Assembly: GCA_051362555.1 (NCBI GenBank)
Contig: CM120647.1
Location: 2,418,001 to 2,482,000, forward strand
DNA from: Lingula anatina
Taxonomy: Eukaryota > Animalia > Brachiopoda
Reading direction: 5' to 3'
Length of the DNA stretch: 64,000 nucleotides
The notes beneath the pieces were generated by a model. The model was not told the DNA's origin. It was given only the letters and a program-made list of their open reading frames with translations, and did no database searches. Within the stretch, counting starts at the first letter, position 1, and each line of letters starts with the position of its first letter. Of this stretch, positions 36,003 to 45,920 are shown one piece after another. The position numbers were made by a program, and so were the translations under genes.

Positions 36003-39000
36003 CTAAACCTTTTGTTTGCGAGTTACTAATTTCCTGCGTCTTGCCTTTCCTGACATAGTTTTCTTTGCATGAAATTCAGAGATCAATATTTGTGGAACCT
36101 TCTCTGCCAAAACCCAATCTGATCCCTTTTTATGCTTCCATTTCACTCTGTACCACAGCACACTATTATTACCTCTAGCACCTTTCAGGATGCATTGAGC
36201 TTCATCACCTAGGGGTACCCCATTTTGATTAGGACTATCAGGAATATCACTGGATAGCATCTCCTTATCTACCCTTTCTGGATTTCTATCGTCCTCTGCC
36301 TGCTCGACTGGATAATCAGGTTCAGTTGCTGGTGGGGTTTCATTGTCAAATGGGGTGCGAATTATTGGGTCTGAGTAAGGTTTAAGACGATTGGCATTTA
36401 CTGGGTGTTTGAGCAGTTTATTGGTTGAACATTCCCTTAATTTGTAGGTGGCTTTCCCAATGATCTTGACTATGTAATACGGTCCTTTGAATTTTGGGGT
36501 AATTTTTGATGTTAGTCCCACTGGAGTACTTTCATTTCTTACCATGACCCTATCTGTTACGGCGTATGTAGGTTCTTTGGCCTTTTTGTTGTGTTGTCTA
36601 ATGTTCTGGGACTGTGAATTCAATTTAATTTGTGCAGCAGCTTTCCTACCTTTATTCAGAGAGTCTAGTTTTTGTGTAATGTAGTCTTCCATATTTTTGG
36701 GCAGGTCATTTTGGGGTAACAACTCGTAGTCTAAAGGGGTTGTCATTTCTTTGCCAAATAACAGAAAATATGGAGAATATCCTGTACCTTCAGCAGGTGA
36801 GCTCCTGTAGGCCATTAATATAGATTCTACATGGTTTGCCCAATCTGATTGGTCCTTTTTGCACAATGCCCGTAGGGACTGCCAAATAAATCCGTTGAAT
36901 CTTTCACAGACTGCATTGGTCTGAGGGTGGTAACTGGCCGTGTAATGTTTTTCTACATCAAAAATGTCACAAATGGCCTGAACTAATTTTGATCTAAAAT
37001 TTTGGCCTCTGTCCGTAATAATTTCGAAAGGAGCACCATATCTTGTGAAAATTTGAGAGTACAAAATTTCCGCTATTTCTTTAGCTTCTTGTGTTTTGAG
37101 TGGAAATGCTTCTGGCCATCGCGAAAATGAATCTACTGCCAAAAGAATGTATTTATGGCCAGATTTTGAAGGGGTTATTGGGCCTAAAATGTCAAGATGC
37201 CAGGTGCTGAAGACATCTTTGATGGGTAGGGGTTGCAAGGGTGCTGCTTGAATTCGATAACTTCTCTTTACTCTTTGGCAAACTTCACATGATTTTACAT
37301 ACCGCTTTACATCTCTAGGCATTTTGGGCCAGTAGTATTTTAGTCGGAGTTTCTCTAAACATTTGCGATAGCCTGGATGACAAGCTCCTGCTCTAACGTC
37401 ATGATATGCTCTCAAAACTCTCCGCCTATGCTGTTTGGGTACCACTAATTGTTCTAATACTGTGTCATCACCAGCCTTATGCCTTCTAGTACAGCGATGT
37501 TTCCTGTATAATACTTGATCTCTAAGGAAGAATATTTCTTGAATGCTTTTTCCTTTCTCCTCCAGACTACTAGGGGACTCTCCTAGTTTCTCAATCATGG
37601 GGGCTAAGTCTTTCGAGGACCGTTGCATCTGTACAAGGTTGTTTAAATTCACTTCCTTGGGATTATGTTCACTAATACTAGCTATTACCGTTGCAGTCTT
37701 GGGTTTCCTATAAACAAACCTTGTAGCTTCCCATTCACTCTTCTGAAAACCAACCTTACATGCATGAACTACACTGACTTCTTCCCGCTTTTGATCCTTT
37801 TCACCATCGTTAACCTCATCCTGTCTAGACAAGCAATCCACTGGATTCAGGCTTCCCTTTTTGTAAACCACCGTGTACTGTAAACCTTGAGTTTCCAAAG
37901 ACCATCTATTCAGTTTCTGATTGGACGACTGCTTGGACTCTAGCCATTTTAAGGGCATGTGATCTGTATATATAGTGAAATGACGGTTTTGTAAAAACTG
38001 GCGATATTCCCTTATGCCTTCAATTAAAGCTAAGCATTCTTTTTCCGTAACCCCATAGTTTCTTTCAGCATTTCTTAAAGTCCTAGAACCATAAGCAATA
38101 GCATGCTCTCGTCCGTCTTCTCCTACCTGACTTAACATGTAGCCTATAGCAAAATCTGAGGCGTCAGTTGTCAAATTAAACTCTTTATTCATATCAGGAA
38201 AAGCAAGTATGGGAGCGTTTGCTAGAGCTGACTTCAAATCATTAAATGCTTGATCACACTCATCAGTCCATTGGAAGTCCGTAGTTTTCTTAGTTAGGGA
38301 ACACAGAGGGGCAGCTATCTTGGCGTAACCTGTGACATATCGCCTGTAGTAATTACACATACCCAAAAAGCTACGCACCTGAGTACGAGTTTTAGGGATG
38401 GCAATCTTCTTAACGGCCTCTACCTTAGATGCATCAACCGAAATCCCGTCCTTGGAAATGAAATGACCTAGGAAAGCTACCCTTTTGGTGGCTAGTTTAC
38501 ACTTTGAGGTTTTGACAGAAAGATTGGCGTCTTGCAGCCTCTGAAATACTAACTCCAGGTGCTCTAGATGTTCTTCAAAGGTTTTGGAAAAGATCAGGAT
38601 ATCATCAATATAGCATGCTACCATGCGCCAGTTTAGATCTTTCAGAATACGAGCCATAGTGGACTGATAAAAACTCGCAGCGTTGCGAAGGCCAAAAGCT
38701 AAGCGTTTGAACTGAAAGTGCCCATGGTGAGTTACAAATGCAGATTTATGCCTGGTTTCCTCAGCTAGAGGCAGTTGCCAATAACCACTGAAGAGATCCA
38801 AAGAAGAAAAGAATTTAGCTTGAGATTCTGAAAGAATGTCCAGTACATCAGTAAGACGTGGTAAAGGAAAGTGAATAGGGGACGTGACCTTGTTGAGTCG
38901 CCTGTAATCAATAGCGAATCTCATGGAGCCATCTTTTTTTTTCACTAACACGACCGGACTAGCCCACTCACTGGTAGATTCCTCTATTATGCCATTTTTT

Positions 39001-40076
39001 AACATTTCGTCAGTCTGTCTCTCTACTTCGGCCTTCTGTTCAGGGGTTTGCCTATAGTGTCTTTGCCTCTGGGGAGGGGCATTTCCTGTGTCAATGACAT
39101 GACCTTTAACTCTACCTTCACCTACCTCAGACAAATTAGAGGCAAAAACTTCTCTGTACTTCCCTATAAGTATAAGGAGCTGTTCCTTTTGTGACTGAGT
39201 TAAATCTGCCTCATCTAGGCAAATACCAGTTTCTTGACCATGTTTTAAATACTGGGCTTTAGTCTCTACATCACTAACCTGCACTTGTTCATGAGAAGGG
39301 GTTGCTGACATAACGCTAGGTGGCCGTGGGTGAGTAAGAGATACAAGATTGCTTTCTTCTATTGGGTAAGCCTTAGCCATTAATTTATCATAGGGAATGA
39401 AAATGGTTTGGTTAGTGGGATTGTAGATGCGGCATGCACTCGTACCTTTGTCTATTTTCACCACACATCTGGCAACCATGTAACTATTTTCGATGGGTTC
39501 TAAAAGCAGATTTTCAGCGGTTGAGTTGTTAACTCCTGAAATTTTCACTGGTATTAATGCTTCTCTACCTGGGTCAATTCTACATTGTTGTACAGCACGC
39601 ACCAGGCCTAAATGATCAGGTTTGTTTGTCTTTGGGGCGTCATGGCTTTGGAAAGTAATAGTTTCATTTTTCACATCAAACTTAGCACCATTATTCCTAA
39701 GAAAATCTAACCCCAAAATAAGATTTCTCGGTAGCTGTTGAAATACATAAAAATTTTGGGAAAAGGGCTTTTTACCAATTTGAAAGTCTACTGTAATACA
39801 TCCCTTCACTTTATGCAATTCTCCCCCTACACCAGCTACTGCAACCAAATCAGCATTTTTTATTTTGAAATTTTGATTTTTCAACTGCCATAAGAGATTT
39901 TCTGAAATACATGAAACTGTAGCCCCAGTGTCTATCATTGCTTTTACCATTTTGTCACCTATCTCGACATCTATCAAATTGTGGTCAACGCGATCACCCA
40001 CAAAAATTACTCCTAAATTGCCAATTTTCTGTAAACTTTTGCTACCTATATTCTTAGTCATATTGCGCTCGCACCC
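36003..40076 (-). CDS. pol: Pol polyprotein: protease, RT, RNase H, integrase, chromodomain-like tail (in frame with gag; first ATG at 40061)
   Basis: IDTGA protease; SEWASPVVLVKKKDG, DYRRLN and YIDD in RT; TDAS and EKECLA in RNase H; H..H/CEVC, LDILGP, ITDRG and CERFN in integrase; KFKGPY; WYRVKWK...SDWV. Confidence 0.97.
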   Translation of the reverse strand, partial: GCERNMTKNIGSKSLQKIGNLGVIFVGDRVDHNLIDVEIGDKMVKAMIDTGATVSCISENLLWQLKNQNFKIKNADLVAVAGVGGELHKVKGCITVDFQIGKKPFSQNFYVFQQLPRNLILGLDFLRNNGAKFDVKNETITFQSHDAPKTNKPDHLGLVRAVQQCRIDPGREALIPVKISGVNNSTAENLLLEPIENSYMVARCVVKIDKGTSACRIYNPTNQTIFIPYDKLMAKAYPIEESNLVSLTHPRPPSVMSATPSHEQVQVSDVETKAQYLKHGQETGICLDEADLTQSQKEQLLILIGKYREVFASNLSEVGEGRVKGHVIDTGNAPPQRQRHYRQTPEQKAEVERQTDEMLKNGIIEESTSEWASPVVLVKKKDGSMRFAIDYRRLNKVTSPIHFPLPRLTDVLDILSESQAKFFSSLDLFSGYWQLPLAEETRHKSAFVTHHGHFQFKRLAFGLRNAASFYQSTMARILKDLNWRMVACYIDDILIFSKTFEEHLEHLELVFQRLQDANLSVKTSKCKLATKRVAFLGHFISKDGISVDASKVEAVKKIAIPKTRTQVRSFLGMCNYYRRYVTGYAKIAAPLCSLTKKTTDFQWTDECDQAFNDLKSALANAPILAFPDMNKEFNLTTDASDFAIGYMLSQVGEDGREHAIAYGSRTLRNAERNYGVTEKECLALIEGIREYRQFLQNRHFTIYTDHMPLKWLESKQSSNQKLNRWSLETQGLQYTVVYKKGSLNPVDCLSRQDEVNDGEKDQKREEVSVVHACKVGFQKSEWEATRFVYRKPKTATVIASISEHNPKEVNLNNLVQMQRSSKDLAPMIEKLGESPSSLEEKGKSIQEIFFLRDQVLYRKHRCTRRHKAGDDTVLEQLVVPKQHRRRVLRAYHDVRAGACHPGYRKCLEKLRLKYYWPKMPRDVKRYVKSCEVCQRVKRSYRIQAAPLQPLPIKDVFSTWHLDILGPITPSKSGHKYILLAVDSFSRWPEAFPLKTQEAKEIAEILYSQIFTRYGAPFEIITDRGQNFRSKLVQAICDIFDVEKHYTASYHPQTNAVCERFNGFIWQSLRALCKKDQSDWANHVESILMAYRSSPAEGTGYSPYFLLFGKEMTTPLDYELLPQNDLPKNMEDYITQKLDSLNKGRKAAAQIKLNSQSQNIRQHNKKAKEPTYAVTDRVMVRNESTPVGLTSKITPKFKGPYYIVKIIGKATYKLRECSTNKLLKHPVNANRLKPYSDPIIRTPFDNETPPATEPDYPVEQAEDDRNPERVDKEMLSSDIPDSPNQNGVPLGDEAQCILKGARGNNSVLWYRVKWKHKKGSDWVLAEKVPQILISEFHAKKTMSGKARRRKLVTRKQKV

Positions 40077-41129
40077 CTATTGTTTTATAGTCCTGCACAC
40101 AGTTGCTAGGTGACCTAAGCGGCCGCATTTATAACAAGTTTTATCTTTTGCAAAACAAGAAGAAGGAGAATGACTCGTCCACTTACCACACGTATTGCAC
40201 TTGCGCTTCTCACTTTCTCTCTCTCTGCTCCTTTCTCTACTTCTTTGCCTAAATTGACTACGGTTGTCCTCCCTTGCCTGAAAAGAAACTTTTCTATCAT
40301 TAGTATTGGTTGTTACAGCTTGAACACTTGCACACTTAGTGACCAGCTGGCTCAACTGGCTCATTATATCCTTGTGCATTCCCGCAAACTGTGACATGAC
40401 ACTGGCCATGTTCACAACTTCAGTCTGGGCCACTGTTGGTGCTGGCTCCTGACTTGGGCTGCATGCAGAGGCAGCGTCTGCCAGAGTGGCAGCCTCCTGC
40501 AAGTCTCTCAAGTTTTGGGGGTTTTTCATGATTATGGCTGTCCTTATAGAAGGATCAAGTCCATTCACAACAGCTGCAACTATGTGTTGCTCCGGCAATC
40601 CGACTTCTCTTCCCATTTTTGTCATTTTTGCTAGGTAGTCTCTGATTTTTGTATTTCCTTGCTGACATGAAAACAATTTTGCTGTCCTTGTTCTTATGGT
40701 GGCTGGGCTAGGTCCATACCTTGTCAAAAATTGCCTTTTTAAGGCTTCAAAGTCAGCTTTGGTATCACCATCCAAAGTTGAATACCAGGTCTTGGCATTA
40801 TCCATTAATAAATAAGCAAAATGAGACAGTTTCATTTGCAGGTTATACTGCATTACCTGGCAGTACTCTTCATATCTGCCCATCCATTCCTCTGCATTTT
40901 CACTCTCATCTCCTCGGAAAGGAAATGGAGAGAGGTGTTGTGGGAGGGATAAAATAACCTGATGTCCTGGTTGCCTTGGTCCCTCTGCTGCTTGTGATGG
41001 TGGTGGTGGTGGTGGAGGAGGTGGTGTTGGTGGTGCTCTGCTACTTACATTTACTGCAGATGGCCCTGGCCTTTCTGCCTCACGGGTTGGCTCCTCTTCC
41101 TGGGCTCTGGGTGATCTTCTGGTGGCCAT
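40077..41129 (-). CDS. gag: Gag (capsid plus two zinc knuckles)
   Basis: 350 aa; Pro-rich N-terminus; PFRGDESENAEEW..RYE and AKTWY..L...F..LK..FL..Y capsid pattern; CNTCGKWTSHSPSSC and CYKCGRLGHLATVC. Confidence 0.93.
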   Translation of the reverse strand: MATRRSPRAQEEEPTREAERPGPSAVNVSSRAPPTPPPPPPPPPSQAAEGPRQPGHQVILSLPQHLSPFPFRGDESENAEEWMGRYEEYCQVMQYNLQMKLSHFAYLLMDNAKTWYSTLDGDTKADFEALKRQFLTRYGPSPATIRTRTAKLFSCQQGNTKIRDYLAKMTKMGREVGLPEQHIVAAVVNGLDPSIRTAIIMKNPQNLRDLQEAATLADAASACSPSQEPAPTVAQTEVVNMASVMSQFAGMHKDIMSQLSQLVTKCASVQAVTTNTNDRKVSFQAREDNRSQFRQRSRERSRERESEKRKCNTCGKWTSHSPSSCFAKDKTCYKCGRLGHLATVCRTIKQ

Positions 41130-41137
41130 ATTTTTGC

Positions 41138-41155
41138 CCTTTTGGTTCTCCGCCA
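41138..41155 (-). promoter_or_regulatory. Primer binding site
   Basis: TGGCGGAGAACC... begins 1 nt after the 5' LTR; TGG is complementary to tRNA CCA. Cognate tRNA not identified. Confidence 0.7.
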
Positions 41156-41156
41156 G

Positions 41157-41646
41157 TATCAGGCTTAGAAGTTTAGCAAATACTGTTGATGTAGTTCACT
41201 TGTCAGAGGTTGTCAGAAGTCTGGGGATCTCGCAGCTCAAAGTAGACTCTAACACACAAATGTTCTCTATATTCAGTTTATTCAATATATTCTTCTACTT
41301 CTCAGCTCTACTCCTCTTAATACGACCTGCTCTCTTGCTCTACCTCTGTCAACTCTACTTCTCTAGTCAAACCATCTCTTTACATAGGTTCTACACTATA
41401 ATTTATGGGAGGAAATGGGGGACAATAAATTGAATCTGGGGCTACTAGGTGACTACAATAAGACTACAAGAAAGGAAGTGTCTGATGTTCTGACTACAAG
41501 AAAGGAAGTGGCTATTGTTCTAAGCTATCTAATTGAACAGGTGAACAGGTCGTAAAGTCTGAGAGGAAGTGCCATTGCATAAACAAAGTAAAGAAATCTT
41601 GCAACTTTATGTAACTAAAGACAAATAAATAAAAGTAGTTATGATA
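41157..41646 (-). repeat. 5' LTR (490 bp)
   Basis: Matches 31704-32193; followed by the PBS and the gag ATG 28 nt downstream. Confidence 0.95.
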
Positions 41647-43412
41647 ATTTGATTAAGAAGTTACAATGTAAGTTCAGGAATCCTTTGCCATGGTTTGAGA
41701 TTAAAGAGTGGGAGTTCCCACAGATTGTCAGAATGTACCTGAGCATGCAATGAGTGGACATTAAATGATTGAAACTGGTTATTGTTGTCAGCCTTGGATC
41801 TCCTAATAGCGATTTACACTATTAAATATTTTGACCACGAATCTGGAAAGTAGTTTAACATGTTATCCAACCTAAAAGTTAACAACGGTGTCCATGTTGA
41901 GAGCCTGTTTGTAATTTTTGTTCAGTGCTAACTTCGGGCTGGTTTGTATATACAGGGTAAGACCATGCAGCCTTAACAAGATGTGGCCAGACTAGGTAAT
42001 CCTGTGTAACATTGTACATTGTAAAGTGACAACTCTACAATTGATGAGTTCACCAAGACTTAGAAGAGGAAAATCTCCGAGACAATTCGCTTTAAATAAA
42101 AATGAGCCAGGAGCAATTCCAGTCCCTAATTGAAAATGTGCAAGTCTTAAACAATCAGAGTGACCAAGATCACTGCGATCAACAAAGATGACATTGACCC
42201 CAGAGGACTCTTGATAGAACAGGAAAATGAATTCAAAAGGGAGTTTTAACTATCTCTGAATGTAGATTCATAGTATGAAGTTTTAAGTGGCCATCTATAC
42301 TCCATCAAGAGACCAACCAGGACCAGCGCCATCTTTTCACATACAGTATATAATTACCATCACCATACCAAAGGAAGTGTGATTGAGGGCAACCAACTAG
42401 TAAAACTCTCGACAGAGTATGGCAGAGTTACAGTGGCAGGTTGAGGGGGGTTCAATTTCTGAAAAAAAATCACACCATGTGATCCCCTCTTGAAATGAAA
42501 ATTTTCACTATCTGAATCACAGTTCTAAACTGTCCAGAATGGCAGCGCTTGCCCTCTAAAATACCAACATTTTTCAGAGTCCTTCAGCGGCCCTGAATCC
42601 CAGGCAAAGGGGGGAAGGTTGGCTTTGCATCCTTGAACCCCCCCCTTTAAATAATCCTGGATCCACCCCTGGAATTATATACACACAATGGACAATAGAA
42701 CTGTCACCCCCTGAATCAGAGTAATCAAAGTCAGCAGATTTTGAGTAGTTATAATGCCTGGTCTACTTATAATGTGACTAATGAGTATAAAACCGCTGTG
42801 CCATGAAATTGTCTTTTTTTTTTTTTTTTGAAATATGATGTTAATAAAATGATGCCAGAAGAATATCATTCCACAGTCATTTATCTCCCCCAAAGGATTG
42901 GTTCAGAAGGGGTGACACTTCTATTGTCCATTGTGTGTATGGTCCCAAATGCGTGGTGATATCCAAAATCAATTAGATGATGAGCAATGTGCAAGGTGTG
43001 TATCCCGCGACAGCAACATGCAGGATATGGTGAAATGCCCATGTCAGTAGTCATTACTTAATCAAATGATTGGAGTGGATCTCATTGGCCCGTTTGTGGA
43101 ATCTTCAAAAGAAATATATTGCCTCAATTTAATTGATTACCTGTCCAGATGGGTGGAAAGTTACCCCATTCCCAACAAGACCTCTGTAGTGAACCATTAA
43201 TAGTGCTAATATATAAGATTTGCATATATGAGATTTTCAAATTTAATTTAAAATGTATCTACAATTAAGTTTTAATTTATTCGGATGTATATAGGCATGG
43301 CATGGAAGTTAATTTGACATGCTAATTAAGATCAAGCATTAAAGAGGCAACAGAGACACGGATAGATATACAGAGAGAGAGAGAGAGAGTAGGCTGGACA
43401 GACAGACTTTTA

Positions 43413-44933
43413 CACTAGTCGACATTTGCTATGGATCATATTTAATGGACTTTTTTTTACCTTTGTATATTTTTTGGGTCTCCAAAATGAAGTTGCACAA
43501 CCATATGTATTAGTCATTGATTTTGTTGTTGTTTTGGTTTAATGCACACGAGTAAAAACTTCAAAGCTGGTTCCTCAGCTCACATTCAAGAAGCTGTGTT
43601 CCCAGTACACAAACATGCTTGGTCAGTGGAGTGTTGTTGATGGCACAACCAATTCTCCTGATGTGCTTTTGATTGCCAAATTTCAAAATGCCTCCAACAA
43701 GACTAAGAAGTCATTTACCACCAGCAGAACTGAATTGGGCTATTAGGTTACTCCAGGATGGCCAGACACAGTGCCATGTAGCCACTCTCCTTGGTATGTC
43801 CCAAAGTGTGATATAAGGTACTGGAGGCATGGGCAGGCAGACCACTGTGGTGGTCGCCAGATACAGACAACACCTCAGCAAGACTGCTACTTGACCTTCC
43901 AAGGACGCCTGGATTGCTTGTTTCCAGCCAATTTGCTCCAGAATGAGTTTTAGAATGCAACAGGGGTACATGTGTCAACTCAGCTGGTCCGGAGATGTCT
44001 CCATGAAGCACAGTTGAGGGCCAGAAGTCCATCTGTTTGCACTGCTTTGACACGGCAACACAGACAAGTGTGTCTACAGTTTGCAAGGCATCACAGGTGG
44101 TGGATGATCCAGCAGTGGTCATCTGTGCTGTTCACAAATGAGTCAATGTTTTGCTTACACTTTCTGGATCGACGCAGGAGGGAGTGTGGAGACGGCCCAG
44201 GGAGCACAACACTCAGCCAAACATCTTCCAACATGATTGGTTTGGAGGACCATCAGTTCTCGTATGGGGTGGAATTTCAATCCATGGGTGTACTGACCTT
44301 CATGGGATCCAGAATGGGACTCTCACTGGTCTCAGGTATCGAGATGAGTTCATTGCCCCTATAGCCCATCCCTAGGTGCTGTTGGTGACAACTTCATCTA
44401 ATGGACAAAAATGCTCTTCCCTATCGAGCCAACGTTGGAGCAGGAAGGAAATACTGGTCACCACACCTCAGTTTGATTGAGCATGTTTGGGATTTGCTCC
44501 AGAACCGCAGTCGAGCTCGGCAGAATGCTCCCATACAATTCGGCAACTGGAGGATGCTTTGGTGGAAGAGTGGGACCAGATCACTGAACAGCAGTTATTC
44601 TGTTTTATTCAGAGCATGCACAGAAGTTGTGTCACGGTTTTTCAGCTAAATGGTGGTCATACACACTACTAGGGAAATTTTGCATCCAATTTCTTGCTGA
44701 CATGAGACATTTTACTGATGTTTGGCATAAAGTGTTTTTTAATGTGAATGTTTGTTGTGCTCTCCTGAAGTTTTTTTTGGTGGCGATTATGTTCTTTTGC
44801 AATTTGATCTTTTTTCTCACTTTACACTGAAATTGCTGAAATTTGGTCTCGTTTAATATTGTGAAGCAAACCAGTCATGATTGTCAAAATTTCATTAGCA
44901 AAAGACATGATCCCTAGCAAATGTTGACTAGTG
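43413..44933 (+). mobile_element. Tc1-family DNA transposon with pseudogenised transposase (~43688-44672)
   Basis: TA-flanked TIRs CACTAGTC(G/A)ACATTTGCTA(T/G)GGATCAT; WSSVLFTNES, VLVWGGIS, SPHLSLIEHVWD, GGHTHY* across frameshifts. Confidence 0.92.
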
Positions 44934-45666
44934 TAGTTTTAGAGACCTGAGTTTTTACTCTGTAGCAGAAAACTATATCTGCCTGTCTCAGTTGCCCTAT
45001 TGGTGAAATCCAAATCTAAGAATACGAATAACCAACAGGTTGGTTATTACACTCAGAGGCAGTAGAGTCAGCACTCACCAAACACTGCTTTCCATGATTT
45101 GGTTTTCCCGAAATCATCATTACTGACAAAGAAAAATAATTTTGTTAGAAATCTATCATACATTTCCTGCCAAAAGTAGGTGTTAAACATTGATGGACGA
45201 CCAGCCACTCACTAGAAGCCAATGGTAAAACAATGGTGCCAGATTACCTCTCACCAAATACCTAACGGCTTCTCCCGCAACACATCCACTGGATAGTTGA
45301 CTACAGGATATTACAGGATATGACATAAGCAAGGTATGCACCATTCGTCACCAGCAACCTGGAAAAGTCTTAACAGTAAACCAAAATAAATTATGTTTAT
45401 TGGACCCTAATTTATCTTCGGATGCCAATAGTGGTCGACCTAGAAGGCCATCACCCCGTCGCACCATCTGCCAATCCCATTTGTCACCAAAGATCAAAGA
45501 GAACAGGAATTAGATAACCCAGCAGCGGAGCCTACTGGCAGCAGTCATGGAAGAAGACTTCATCTGAGCTCGAGTGGGATCACTTCGCTGAAACTGAGCT
45601 GATACAAGAATATCGTCAGCCTCAACATCACCATCAGACCTACCCAACTACCAGACTCGGCACCGA

Positions 45667-45920
45667 ATGATCCCGAATTCACCGGTAGATCAGACCACAC
45701 TACCCGTTTTCAAAGTATGCGTCAGTATGCATTTCACAGTATCATACCTGGAACAAATTTTGAGATGAGATGCACTATTATCCAACCCGCTGAGAATCAT
45801 CACTCTCACATTGCTCACTAAGCAAGAGCGGTGTCGCTTCTGATACTTCAAAGCGCGTACTGATACTGTCACCTTGAAAACGGGTAGTTTGGTCCAATCT
45901 ACCGGTGAATTCAGGTTCAT
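45667..45920. mobile_element. Foldback MITE
   Basis: GAATTCACCGGTAGAT..GACCA.ACTACCCGTTTTCAA at 45675 has its reverse complement ending at 45912. Confidence 0.7.

Larger units (their letters stand above)
31704..41646 (-). mobile_element. Complete Ty3/Gypsy (Metaviridae) LTR retrotransposon with env (errantivirus-like endogenous retrovirus)
   Basis: LTR-PBS-gag-pol-env-LTR, three intact ORFs, 4-bp TSD ATTT at 31700-31703 and 41647-41650. Confidence 0.97.

Noticed and set aside
41138-41155. Assignment of the PBS to a specific tRNA
   Set aside because: Could not match TGGCGGAGAACC to a known tRNA 3' end from memory; needs the host tRNA set.
34541-41176. Small plus-strand ORFs overlapping gag, pol and env
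   Set aside because: Short antisense shadow ORFs with no recognisable motifs.
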